Assembly: GCA_964462015.1 (NCBI GenBank)
Contig: CAYWXI010000018.1
Location: 25,716-89,715 of the forward strand
From: an uncultured Bacteroidales bacterium
Lineage (GTDB): Bacteria > Bacteroidota > Bacteroidia > Bacteroidales > JAEINX01
Direction of reading: 5' to 3'
DNA: 64,000 nt
In this document: positions 9,553 through 19,124 of the stretch, in pieces
Position numbering within the stretch: position 1 is the first letter of the stretch
How the letters are laid out: each line of letters begins with the position of its first letter
Notes under the pieces: model-generated
What the model was told of the DNA's origin: nothing
Seen by the model: only the letters and a program-made list of their open reading frames with translations
Database searches by the model: none
Program-made: the position numbers and the translations under genes

Positions 9553-9610
9553 GATTGAAATTGGAAATTAGAAATTTGGATTTCCCCCTAATTTCTAATT
9601 TCCAATTTTA
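9553..9610. repeat. Hairpin repeat, GAAATTAGAAATTG word family, copy B (empty loop)
   Basis: The arms aaattggaaattagaaattt and taatttctaatttccaattt are near-perfect 20-nt reverse complements separated by the loop ggatttccccc. The copy lies between the OMP gene stop (9612) and the nadE start (9495). Confidence 0.85.
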
Positions 9611-9611
9611 T

Positions 9612-10331
9612 TTAAAAAATCACTCCAAAATTAAAATCCAATGAATAAGGTATTGCCTTCTGTTTTACTAAAGGAAAACGGGCATTATATCCTTTTAGAA
9701 TATTCGTAACACCGTTGTTAAAAGTAACTCCGGCAAAAACAACCGTTGATTTATAAATCTCGTATTCAACGCCAACACCAACATTTAATGAAAGTTTAAA
9801 GAAATTTATTTCATCTTTAATATCATTTTCGATGTTCTCGATCTTTGATTCATCATAGAAATTCTTATACTCGAATCTATCCTCAGCCGTTGACCTTAAA
9901 TTAAAACCAAAATTCAAACCTATTAGGCCATAAAATGAGAATTTTTTATACGGATTGGTTTTCATTTTTATAAGAGCTGGAATATCAATATATCTCAATT
10001 TATAATTTCTAAAAAGAGTACCGGGCATAGAATCATTCTCAGCTTCAACAAAGATTTTTTCGGGATATTCAAGCTTAGCGTTAAATGAAGAAATATTAAA
10101 ACCTGTTTGGAAAAAATAGTTTTCAGTAATTGCAATATCACTCACAAAACCCCAGGCAAAACCGATGTCCGAACCGTTATTTGAATAATATTTTGAATCG
10201 GGTGATAACCAACTAATGTTCGGAGCCAACCTGAATCCAAATTTATATGATTTGACCTGAGAATAGTTTACTTTGATAAAAAGGATAACTATCAATGAAG
10301 TAAGAAGAATAATTTTTTTCATATTTTTCAT
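9612..10331 (-). CDS. Outer-membrane beta-barrel protein (porin-family / PorT-like fold)
   Basis: It has a signal peptide, alternating amphipathic beta-strand patterns, a size of ~240 aa and a C-terminal aromatic residue (GVIF). Confidence 0.65.
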   Translation of the reverse strand: MKNMKKIILLTSLIVILFIKVNYSQVKSYKFGFRLAPNISWLSPDSKYYSNNGSDIGFAWGFVSDIAITENYFFQTGFNISSFNAKLEYPEKIFVEAENDSMPGTLFRNYKLRYIDIPALIKMKTNPYKKFSFYGLIGLNFGFNLRSTAEDRFEYKNFYDESKIENIENDIKDEINFFKLSLNVGVGVEYEIYKSTVVFAGVTFNNGVTNILKGYNARFPLVKQKAIPYSLDFNFGVIF

Positions 10332-10466
10332 ATTTTTTGATTAAACAAAAGTACATAATTGAAATGATTTATTCACGAAAATAAATTCCAAATTTAATTT
10401 ATCATTATTGAGACCGTAAGGAATTTTTCCTAAATTTGTTTAAAATATTAATTTAATACGAAAAAC

Positions 10467-11111
10467 ATGAAAAAACTTTTTTTAGTTATTATTATGATAA
10501 TTGCAGTAAATACAGGATTTGCGCAATTAACATTAGGGCCAAAAATTGGTTATAACACATCTAAATTATCTCTTGAGGAGAGTGATATTAAATCTGATTT
10601 AAAAAGCAGTTTTCAATTCGGAGCTTTTGTCAGGATTGGAAGAAATGTTTATGTTCAACCTGAAGTAAATTTTCTCACTCAGGGTTCAATATTTAAAAGG
10701 CCGAGTATTACTGTTGATGGTGTATCGCTATCGCCTTTTGAGCAAAAAGTTGATTTAAAAACGATACAAATTCCTTTTTTAATAGGAATGAAAGTTTTTA
10801 ATAAAAAAATTGTGAATATTAGAGTGTTTGCCGGCCCTACGGCTTCTATTATCACTAATAAAGAAATTGAAACCACTTCGGGTACCGATTGGATTGCCCC
10901 TATTAAAGATGCTGATATCGAAGACTTGATTTGGAATATTCAACTTGGAGCAGGTGTTGATGTATTAATGTTCACTCTTGATGTCAGATATAATATTGGT
11001 ATAAATAAAGTTATCGGAAATGTTGTTGATAATATAGACGATAATACTACAATAAATTTTGACTCAAAATCAAGTGGTTTCAATGTTTCACTTGGTTGGA
11101 AATTGTTTTAA
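10467..11111 (+). CDS. Outer-membrane beta-barrel protein (porin family)
   Basis: It has a signal peptide (MKKLFLVIIMIIAVNTGFAQ), a beta-strand periodicity and a C-terminal LGWKLF. It is divergent from the neighbouring OMP gene. Confidence 0.65.
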   Translation: MKKLFLVIIMIIAVNTGFAQLTLGPKIGYNTSKLSLEESDIKSDLKSSFQFGAFVRIGRNVYVQPEVNFLTQGSIFKRPSITVDGVSLSPFEQKVDLKTIQIPFLIGMKVFNKKIVNIRVFAGPTASIITNKEIETTSGTDWIAPIKDADIEDLIWNIQLGAGVDVLMFTLDVRYNIGINKVIGNVVDNIDDNTTINFDSKSSGFNVSLGWKLF

Positions 11112-11130
11112 TTTTTTTTCATTTTTTTTT

Positions 11131-11175
11131 GCCTCCAGTAATTATACAATAATTTCCGGAGGTTTTTGTTTTTCT
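11131..11175 (+). terminator. Putative intrinsic terminator after the OMP gene
   Basis: The imperfect stem gcctccagtaatta / taatttccggagg is followed by tttttgttttt. Confidence 0.45.
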
Positions 11176-11216
11176 GTTAAAAAGTTCAATATAAAAAGGT
11201 ATGGGCAATTTAATAG

Positions 11217-11310
11217 CTCGGGCTAAAGCCCGTAATAACAAGGTTATAACTAACCCCGCCCTTAAGGGCGGGGTTATTGAAAACCAGACAATTAGCGGGC
11301 TTTAGCCCAA
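11217..11310. repeat. GC-rich nested palindromic element (REP/MITE-like)
   Basis: The outer arms cgggctaaagcccg and gcgggctttagccc are reverse complements of each other and each can also fold on itself. At the centre is a perfect 24-nt palindrome, aaccccgcccttaagggcggggtt. The element is much more G+C-rich than its surroundings. Confidence 0.75.
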
Positions 11311-11381
11311 AATCTTTAGTTTTTATACTGAACTCATTAAATGTTTGAAAACAACACAAATATATTGATTATTTGCTATTT

Positions 11382-12446
11382 ATGACTAAATTATTAAGAT
11401 ACTTCAACTATAGGCATTCCCACCTGAACGAATCATTCGAGCAGGTTAAGCACTCCAAACTCAAAGCACTAATTAGTTACCTATTTATAATTACTATTTT
11501 ATATTCGTGTAACTCAAGCCGCCATGATGTTGATTTGTCGGAAATTGAAATAAATGACATAGAAATAAAACGCTATGGTAAAGCTCTTTTTGCTATTGAT
11601 CGGAATAATTTAAAAGCCGAGCTCTCCGAACTATCCGACGAATATTTCTTCTTTATCGGTAAGGAGTTTGAAGATACATTAAATTTGATAAAAATCAATG
11701 ATTTTATTTCCGATTCTTCTTTGATTGAATTATCAGATACATGTAATGAAAAATATCCTGACCTTAATGATATTGAAAAACAATTGACATCAGCATTTAA
11801 ACATTATAAATATTATTTTCCCGGGAAAGCAATTCCTGAAGTTTATACTTATGTTTCCGGTTTATTTTATGAATTCCCGATTCAGGTGGTTGATGGTGTA
11901 ATGATTATAGCTCTTGATATGTTTCTCGGAATAGATTTTTTACCTTATTGGCAAATCGGGCTTCCAAAATATAAAATCCGTCGATTTGAAAAAGAATATC
12001 TTGTTAATGATTGTATGAACGAGATCATGCTAACTGAATTTCCAAATCCTCCCGAGAAAACCTTTCTCGACAAGATGATAAATGAAGGAAAAAGATTATA
12101 TTTTCTGGAAGCCATAATGCCTGAAACACACGATTCAATAAAAATCGGATACACAAAAAACCAGATGGAATGGTGCAAAAATAACGAATCAAACATTTGG
12201 GCATTTTTTATTGAAAACGAATTATTATATTCTCCCGATTTTCAATACACAAGTAAATTTACAACCGACGGGCCTTTTACATCTGCCTTTTCACCCGAGT
12301 CACCTGCAAAAATTGGAAGTTGGGTAGGATGGCAAATTGTCAAATCATTTATGAAAAATAATAAAAATGTTAAACTTGATGAACTTTTGAAAAAAACAGA
12401 CTCACAAAAATTATTATCCGAATCAAATTATAAACCAAAGAAATAA
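11382..12446 (+). CDS. GldB-like gliding-motility lipoprotein (tentative)
   Basis: It has a lipobox (ILYSC). Length, general pattern (YTYVSG...ALDMFLG...NIWAFF...LLYS...GSWVGWQIV) and position near nadE all recall Bacteroidota GldB. The track start at 11373 is TTG; the ATG at 11382 is used here. Confidence 0.5.
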   Translation: MTKLLRYFNYRHSHLNESFEQVKHSKLKALISYLFIITILYSCNSSRHDVDLSEIEINDIEIKRYGKALFAIDRNNLKAELSELSDEYFFFIGKEFEDTLNLIKINDFISDSSLIELSDTCNEKYPDLNDIEKQLTSAFKHYKYYFPGKAIPEVYTYVSGLFYEFPIQVVDGVMIIALDMFLGIDFLPYWQIGLPKYKIRRFEKEYLVNDCMNEIMLTEFPNPPEKTFLDKMINEGKRLYFLEAIMPETHDSIKIGYTKNQMEWCKNNESNIWAFFIENELLYSPDFQYTSKFTTDGPFTSAFSPESPAKIGSWVGWQIVKSFMKNNKNVKLDELLKKTDSQKLLSESNYKPKK

Positions 12447-12509
12447 ATTCGTATATTACGCAATGTTTTTTATTTTATAAAAACAGTCGTAAAATTTTTC
12501 TTTTTTGTT

Positions 12510-14048
12510 ATGCTTGTAAAAACTTATGGTAGTGCTATTTTAGGGATAAACGCAATCCCGATCACAGTCGAAGTAAACATCGATCGCGGTGTGCAATTTT
12601 TTATGGTTGGTTTACCGGATAGTGCTGTTAAAGAAAGCCATCAAAGAATTGAAGCAGCTTTAAGGAACAACGGTTATAAAATTCCCGTAAAAAAAATTGT
12701 CATAAACATGGCTCCGGCCGATATTCGTAAAGAAGGCTCGGCTTACGATTTGACAATCGCCGTAGGAATACTTGCTGCTTCCGAACAAATCAAATCCGAA
12801 AAAGTTGGCGATTATCTAATCATGGGTGAGCTTTCATTAGATGGAGGTTTACAACCGATTAAAGGAGCGTTACCTATTTCAATCGAAGCCCGAAAACATG
12901 GTTTTAAAGGATTTATTCTTCCAAAAGCTAATGCCATTGAGGCTGCGATTGTCAACGATTTGGAAGTATTGGGAGTTGAAAGCATAAAAGAAGTTATTGA
13001 GTTTTTTAATGATGAAATCGAATTACAACCCACAGTGATTAATACAAGAGATGAATTTTATTCTCAACTAAATTCATATGAATTTGATTTTTCTGATGTT
13101 AAGGGACAAGAAAATATTAAACGAGCACTTGAAATTGCTGCTGCCGGTGGGCATAACGTTATTTTGATAGGGCCGCCAGGATCTGGAAAAACTATGCTTG
13201 CCAAACGTCTTCCTTCAATTCTTCCTCCTTTGAATTTACATGAAGCTCTCGAAACAACTAAAATACACTCAGTTGCAGGAAAACTCAATAAAGAAACTTC
13301 TCTAGTATCGGTTCGTCCATTCAGGTCACCACATCATACCATCAGCGATGCCGGCCTCGTGGGAGGAGGAACTTTCCCTCAACCCGGCGAAATATCACTT
13401 GCTCAAAATGGTGTTCTTTTCTTAGACGAATTACCTGAATTTAAGCGTACGGTCCTTGAAGTGATGCGGCAACCTATGGAAGACAGGACAGTAACTATTT
13501 CACGGGCACGCATTTCCGTTGAATACCCGGCAAGTTTTATGCTTATTGCTGCAATGAATCCTTGTCCCTGTGGCTATTACAACCACCCTGAACATGATTG
13601 TGTTTGTGGCCCCGGTATTGTACAAAAATATTTGAATAAAATTTCAGGCCCATTATTAGACAGAATTGATATTCATATTGAAGTAGTTCCTGTTCCTTTC
13701 CGGGAATTAGTTAATGAAAAAATTGAAGAACAAAGTGAAAACGTCAGAAACAGGGTTGTTCAAGCACGATCAATACAAGAAGAACGTTTTAATGAATCAA
13801 AATCAATCCATTGCAATGCTCAAATGACTTCCAGGCAACTTCGCGAAATTTGTAAAATTGATGAAAAAGGACATGAATTGCTTAAAAATGCAATGGAAAG
13901 GCTTGGGCTTTCGGCACGTGCTTACGATCGAATTATTAAAGTTTCACGAACAATTGCCGATTTGGAAAACAGCAAGGAAATTTTAGCCGAACATCTTGCA
14001 GAAGCTATTCACTACAGAAGCCTTGATAGAGAAAGTTGGGGCTCATAA
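12510..14048 (+). CDS. YifB/ComM-family Mg-chelatase-like AAA+ ATPase
   Basis: It has an N-terminal Lon-protease-like domain, a Walker A motif (GPPGSGKTM), a Walker B motif (VLFLDE) and a C-terminal ChlI-like domain. Length is 512 aa. Confidence 0.9.
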   Translation: MLVKTYGSAILGINAIPITVEVNIDRGVQFFMVGLPDSAVKESHQRIEAALRNNGYKIPVKKIVINMAPADIRKEGSAYDLTIAVGILAASEQIKSEKVGDYLIMGELSLDGGLQPIKGALPISIEARKHGFKGFILPKANAIEAAIVNDLEVLGVESIKEVIEFFNDEIELQPTVINTRDEFYSQLNSYEFDFSDVKGQENIKRALEIAAAGGHNVILIGPPGSGKTMLAKRLPSILPPLNLHEALETTKIHSVAGKLNKETSLVSVRPFRSPHHTISDAGLVGGGTFPQPGEISLAQNGVLFLDELPEFKRTVLEVMRQPMEDRTVTISRARISVEYPASFMLIAAMNPCPCGYYNHPEHDCVCGPGIVQKYLNKISGPLLDRIDIHIEVVPVPFRELVNEKIEEQSENVRNRVVQARSIQEERFNESKSIHCNAQMTSRQLREICKIDEKGHELLKNAMERLGLSARAYDRIIKVSRTIADLENSKEILAEHLAEAIHYRSLDRESWGS

Positions 14049-14361
14049 AAAATTATTTCAAATTTCATTTAATGATCTAATAATACACTAATCCTTTTTA
14101 TATTTTAACCTTTATAATTGCTAATTTTATCAAAAAAAAATATCATAATAATATGCTTCCAAACTGACAGAAATACTGCACAATATGAAAATATAAGTTA
14201 CGAATCTTAAGTACAAATTTTGTTTTTTTTAAAATTATTTACTTTTCATTCCAATTCTTTTCTAATTTTGGAACATAAACTTAAAATGATAAAAGGAAAA
14301 TGTGTGTTGAAATTCTTTAAAATTATAAGAATTATATACTGCTAATTATATACCAATCAAC

Positions 14362-16233
14362 ATGAAAAAAGAAAATCACTCTCCGAGTAAAGGCTTTAAA
14401 GAGCGTTACGATTTAATAAGGAATCCCGAAAGAATAAGAAGTTCTGATATAATTGAAGGTGTTTTTGAAAAAACAATATATTTTGATTCACCCGATCCTT
14501 CCTTAATTGCAGCAAAAGGAAATATTAATGGTTTGACCTGCATGATACTTGGGCAGGAAAAAAGAAGAAAAGGAAAAGAAAGCCAGGCAACAGGAATGAT
14601 GAATGCAAAAGGTTACGGATTTACTCTTGAAATGTTAGATGAAGCCGAAAAAAGGCACTTGCCTGTAGTTTCATTTATTGACACTTTTGGAGGAGATACT
14701 TCAATGGAATCGGAACTTGGCGGGCAATCATTTTTAATTTCAGACTGCATTAGCCGCTACTGTGGTGTTGAAACCCCGACGATTTCTTATGTAATTGGTG
14801 AAGGAGGTAGTGGTGGGGCATTAGGTCTTCAGGTAGCTGACAAAAGTTTTATGTTCGAAAACGCATTGTATTCAGTAATTGCACCCGAAAGTTGCAGTAG
14901 AATAATATTTCAAAAAAGATTGAATGCAGGTGAAAGTTTAGAAGATACTATTCCGGATTCGTTGGAAGTATTACGTCCAGGTGCAGAACACATTAAGGAA
15001 ATCGGAATGATTGATGAAATTCTTCCTGAGCCAAAAGACGGCGCTCATAACGATTATGAGTTTACTATAAATATCATCAAAAACACTTTAATAAAAACAT
15101 TAAATGAATTTATTCGCCCGCAAAAAATCGGCAAAAAAATAATCAGAAAAAAAACTGTCAAAAAGCTATTAAAAGACAGAAGAGAAAAAGTTTTGAATTT
15201 TGGAAAATTCTATGGATTATTCGATAAACTTGCAAAAAGAGTAACTAAAAGAAAAATACCAAACAATATTAAAGTTGCTAACATTGAACGCGGTGATTTC
15301 TACACAATGGAATTATTGAAAGCCCATTTGGAAAAAGAAGGCATCGAAGAAACCGCTGAACTATTTGAATGTGAAAAAGAATGGGATAAAGAGCAAAATA
15401 AATTCAGGGTTGCCGGTGGCTGTGGTTTTGTTTCATTCGAAAAATATATTGAGAACTTTTATGCTTGTCCAAAATGTGGTAAAGGTCAATATCTTAGCAT
15501 TGAAGATCAAATAGAGAAAATTTGTGATAAAAACACATTTCTTGAAACAGAAGGTGATCTGGTTATTAAAAATTTAACCGGAAACGAAAGATATAATTTT
15601 GGCAGGTATAAAGAGTTATTAGAAAAAATTAAAGGAAAAACATTCTCTAAAGATTCATTGGTTACCGGCACTGCAAAAGTGAATGGAAAAGATGTTGTTT
15701 TAGCAATAACTGATATTAAATTTTTTGGTGGTTCATTCGGAGCTGTTTTTGGAGAAAAATTCAACAGAGCTGTTGATTATGCCGTAAAGAAAAAATTACC
15801 TTTAATCTCAATTTGCTCATCAGGCGGTGCAAGAATGAATGAAGGGCCAATGGCACTTGCTCAAATGGCGAAAATGAACATGTCTTTATTAGACCTGAAA
15901 AAAGAAGGGATTTTATATTTATCGGTAATTGCAGAACCCACAACAGGAGGCGCCTATGCCAGCTTTGTTACACAGGGAGATATTATGATTGGTGAAAAAG
16001 GCAGTTTGGTTGAATTTGCAGGACCAAGAGTTGTAACAGGAGCAGGTTTTGATGTTGAAAGAGAGATTGTCTGCACAGATAGCCTTTTTAACACAAAAAA
16101 AATTCAACATTTGGTTGACAGAAAAGATTTAAAAAATATTTTGTCTTATTATATTGACATTTTTCATGATTTAAAATTCCCCTGTAAAAGAAAATCCACA
16201 GGTAGAATTAGAGATTTTAGAGTTGATAATTAA
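14362..16233 (+). CDS. Fused acetyl-CoA carboxylase carboxyltransferase, AccA-like N-terminal half and AccD-like C-terminal half
   Basis: The N-terminal half carries FIDTFGGD...GEGGSGGALG...EPKDGAH (AccA pattern). The C-terminal half carries CPKCG...TGTAKVNGKDVV...FFGGSFG...CSSGGARMNEG (AccD pattern). Confidence 0.75.
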   Translation: MKKENHSPSKGFKERYDLIRNPERIRSSDIIEGVFEKTIYFDSPDPSLIAAKGNINGLTCMILGQEKRRKGKESQATGMMNAKGYGFTLEMLDEAEKRHLPVVSFIDTFGGDTSMESELGGQSFLISDCISRYCGVETPTISYVIGEGGSGGALGLQVADKSFMFENALYSVIAPESCSRIIFQKRLNAGESLEDTIPDSLEVLRPGAEHIKEIGMIDEILPEPKDGAHNDYEFTINIIKNTLIKTLNEFIRPQKIGKKIIRKKTVKKLLKDRREKVLNFGKFYGLFDKLAKRVTKRKIPNNIKVANIERGDFYTMELLKAHLEKEGIEETAELFECEKEWDKEQNKFRVAGGCGFVSFEKYIENFYACPKCGKGQYLSIEDQIEKICDKNTFLETEGDLVIKNLTGNERYNFGRYKELLEKIKGKTFSKDSLVTGTAKVNGKDVVLAITDIKFFGGSFGAVFGEKFNRAVDYAVKKKLPLISICSSGGARMNEGPMALAQMAKMNMSLLDLKKEGILYLSVIAEPTTGGAYASFVTQGDIMIGEKGSLVEFAGPRVVTGAGFDVEREIVCTDSLFNTKKIQHLVDRKDLKNILSYYIDIFHDLKFPCKRKSTGRIRDFRVDN

Positions 16234-16251
16234 GTTTTTAGATTTGGAAAT

Positions 16252-16839
16252 CTATCTTGTTTGTGCAATAAATTCTAATATTTCTTTTTCCCCGGTTTTT
16301 GTTTTTGCCGAAGAAATTATTGACAAAGGAAGTTCTTCCCAGAAAGAAAGCAAGGCATCTCTGTAATCTGTGATATTTTGTAAAAGTTGAGCTTTTTTAA
16401 GCTTATCGGATTTTGTAAAAATAATAATAAAAGCTAAACCTTTTTCACCAAGCCATTCTAAAAACTCAAGATCAATTGCTTGAGGTTTAAGGCGAATATC
16501 AATCAATACAAAGGTACATATCAGGTTTTTTCTTTGCATCAAATAATTACTGATCATTACTTCCCATTTTGCCCTGATTGTTTTTGAAATTTTGGCAAAA
16601 CCATATCCCGGAAGATCAACAATATACCATTTATCATCAATAATAAAATGATTAATTAATTGTGTTTTTCCCGGAGTACCGGAGGTTTTTGCAAGCCCTT
16701 TATTGTTTGTAATCATATTTATTAGTGATGATTTACCAACATTTGACCTACCTATAAAAGCAAATTCGGGCAAATCGGTTTTTGGGCATTGGCTTACTTT
16801 TGTACTGCTTTTCAGAAATTTTGCATCATAAATCTGCAT
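16252..16839 (-). CDS. engB: Ribosome-biogenesis GTPase YihA/EngB
   Basis: It has G1 (GRSNVGKSSLIN), G3 (DLPGYG) and G4 (TKSDK) motifs. Length is 195 aa. Confidence 0.9.
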   Translation of the reverse strand: MQIYDAKFLKSSTKVSQCPKTDLPEFAFIGRSNVGKSSLINMITNNKGLAKTSGTPGKTQLINHFIIDDKWYIVDLPGYGFAKISKTIRAKWEVMISNYLMQRKNLICTFVLIDIRLKPQAIDLEFLEWLGEKGLAFIIIFTKSDKLKKAQLLQNITDYRDALLSFWEELPLSIISSAKTKTGEKEILEFIAQTR

Positions 16840-16870
16840 GAAGTTATATTGTTAATAATAAATGGATTAT

Positions 16871-16942
16871 ATTTTCATTGTCGCATTTAAGCATTAAATC
16901 ATTATAGCATTTGTCAAATTTCCACCAAATTTGTAGTAGTAC
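16871..16942. repeat. Dispersed intergenic repeat (gtactactacaaatt head plus AATGC word tail), inverted copy
   Basis: The reverse complement reads gtactactacaaatttggtgg...aaatgctataatgatttaatgcttaaatgcg. It shares the 15-nt head and the AATGC word style with the element at 23098-23165. Confidence 0.65.
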
Positions 16943-16954
16943 TTTAAAATTCCC

Positions 16955-17878
16955 TTATTTATAACTCGACAGATGTCGGTTCTTCTTGAAATCATAGATA
17001 TCTTTTACGGTTACAATAATACCCGTTTCTTCAACATTTCCAAAAGCTTCGTTATAGGCTGTTCCAAAAGTTTTCATCGTTGCCGACAAATTCATATAAG
17101 CATTAAACAAAGGCGGGATTTGTTCATTTAATCCCCTAACCTTTTGAATAAGCAGTTTATAATCCTCATCATAATTGCAACCTGTAAAAATATTTTCTAA
17201 CACTTTATTTTCGGTTGATAGTTTTAGAGGCTTATATGGAAAAAGTAATTTCTCATTATCAGGAAAATATTTTGACATAAAAAACAAAACTAAATCCCGC
17301 GCTAATGAATCAAATCGTGGATACATTGTTACTTTTCCAAATAAAAATTTAACATCCGGATTATCAATTACAAGGGCTCCTAATCCATCCCATATATTAT
17401 CTAATGAATACATTCCCTTTCTGATATTATTGGTTGGTTGATAAATAGGTTGAACAAATGAACGGCCCAACTCAATGGTATAAGGAAGATACTCTTTGAT
17501 AAATTTTTTGGAATATTTAAAAAGTTTCGAGGTCGGCGAGCTAACAATCCCATTTTCATCAACTTTCAATTCCTTACAATGAATAAATCTATAGCCACCT
17601 ATAATTTCTTTGTCATCCGGATCCCAAACAATTAATTGTTTGAAAGGCGTTTCTGATGTATCATGTCTATCAATATCCATTGATTTTCCGGTTCCTCCAC
17701 CGGCATCTCTAAACGTAAGCTCCCTTAAACGACCTATTTCTTTCATCAAATTTGGGGAATCGGTATTGGAGAAAACATATATACTATTATTACCATTATT
17801 TGTTTTTCTGATAAATTTTTCTTTCGTTAATTCTTTTTCTAATAATGATTTTTCGATAGGTGAAATTATTGTTTCCAT
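16955..17878 (-). CDS. GNAT-superfamily N-acyltransferase (OlsB/GlsB-like N-acyl amino acid synthase)
   Basis: 307 aa. It has an LRELTFRDAGGGTG region like hemolysin-like/OlsB-type acyltransferases and is paired with a PlsC-type acyltransferase immediately upstream. Confidence 0.55.
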   Translation of the reverse strand: METIISPIEKSLLEKELTKEKFIRKTNNGNNSIYVFSNTDSPNLMKEIGRLRELTFRDAGGGTGKSMDIDRHDTSETPFKQLIVWDPDDKEIIGGYRFIHCKELKVDENGIVSSPTSKLFKYSKKFIKEYLPYTIELGRSFVQPIYQPTNNIRKGMYSLDNIWDGLGALVIDNPDVKFLFGKVTMYPRFDSLARDLVLFFMSKYFPDNEKLLFPYKPLKLSTENKVLENIFTGCNYDEDYKLLIQKVRGLNEQIPPLFNAYMNLSATMKTFGTAYNEAFGNVEETGIIVTVKDIYDFKKNRHLSSYK

Positions 17879-17909
17879 AATATGTTTGTAGTATTGTTCT
17901 AATAAATTA

Positions 17910-18761
17910 CTATAAATTTTTTGATAGTGAATAAGCTTTCTGTTTAATTATTTTAGCCCATTTTTGATCTGAATTTGTTTTATCAAATTTGGAATATGGT
18001 ATCGGTTTCCCAAAAACAATATTTATTGTTTTGTTTTTTTGCTTAAAGATTTCATCAGACAAATATAACATTTCAATATTTGCTTTCATTCCAAAAAATT
18101 TGCGAAGATTAGCCAGATTGTAGAAAAAATTTGAATTTCGGCCATCAATATAAGTTGGGATAACATCTCTTTTAAATCTTTTTGCTTTAGTGATAAAAGT
18201 TTTTTTCCATTCCAGGTCGATAATTTCCCCTGATTGTTTTCGTGAAACAAAACCGGCAGGAAAATATAATATCATAACATCTGAAGCAAAAGTGTCATTA
18301 ATAATTTTTACATTTTCTGCATTGCTTCCATGCTTATTTATCGGAATAAACAATTCTTTAATATTTGGAAGATTCATCAACAGATCATTTACCGGAAAAA
18401 CTATATCGTTTCGGATTTTACCGACTACATTCATCAAAGCCAAACCGTCAAGTCCCCCTAAAGGGTGGTTTGATGCAATTATATATCTACCGGTAGTCGG
18501 AACGTTTTCTATGCCTTTTACAACTATTTTAGTTCGAAACTCCTTGAGAACCGATTCAATCAAATCAAAATTAAATTTATCACGATTGTTATAAAGAATT
18601 TCATTTAGCTCAGATTGATGAATGATTTTTTTTAAGTAATTATAAACAAATTTAGGGACAATTTTAGCTAAAGACGGACTTTTGGCATAAAAAATCTTCT
18701 GAATATTGAGGAAGTCCTTTGTTATTTCCTGCTGTTTTTCTTTCTCGTGTTGAATGTCCAT
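17910..18761 (-). CDS. PlsC-family lysophospholipid/O-acyltransferase (GlsA-like)
   Basis: It carries the HX4D acyltransferase motif (ASNHPLGGLDG) and a downstream FPAG motif. Length is 283 aa. Confidence 0.65.
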   Translation of the reverse strand: MDIQHEKEKQQEITKDFLNIQKIFYAKSPSLAKIVPKFVYNYLKKIIHQSELNEILYNNRDKFNFDLIESVLKEFRTKIVVKGIENVPTTGRYIIASNHPLGGLDGLALMNVVGKIRNDIVFPVNDLLMNLPNIKELFIPINKHGSNAENVKIINDTFASDVMILYFPAGFVSRKQSGEIIDLEWKKTFITKAKRFKRDVIPTYIDGRNSNFFYNLANLRKFFGMKANIEMLYLSDEIFKQKNKTINIVFGKPIPYSKFDKTNSDQKWAKIIKQKAYSLSKNL

Positions 18762-19124
18762 ATTATTTGTGAAAATTCTTTTGGTATTTATTTATCCTTT
18801 TAAAAGTGTCTTATAATAAGCTTTTATAAAAAGCAAATTTTCCAATTACTTTATTGCAAAGTTAATTATAATTCTAATAGCAGTAAAAAATACTAAAGAT
18901 ATTATATTCCAGGTTCAGTAATTCACGGTAATTATAATAATTCGCAAGTCCATAATCTTAAATATATTAACCTGACTATTGCATTTTTTTTAATAACTTT
19001 TCTATAAAGAAATCATTCTTCCAAAAAAAACATCATACACAGGAGGCCTTAATCACCTAAGTATATATCATTTACGCCATCCTTACAAATATTATAAAAA
19101 AAATGTAACAAAAACTTATTAACA

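Noticed and set aside
18762-19124. Possible ncRNA or tRNA in the 430-bp gap upstream of mraZ (and in other long gaps: 14049-14361, 47750-48024, 53057-53343)
   Set aside because: I saw no tRNA-like T-arm or acceptor features and no extended G+C-rich helices. The sequence is A+T-rich promoter-like DNA. A covariance-model scan (Infernal/Rfam, tRNAscan-SE) would be needed to exclude small RNAs.
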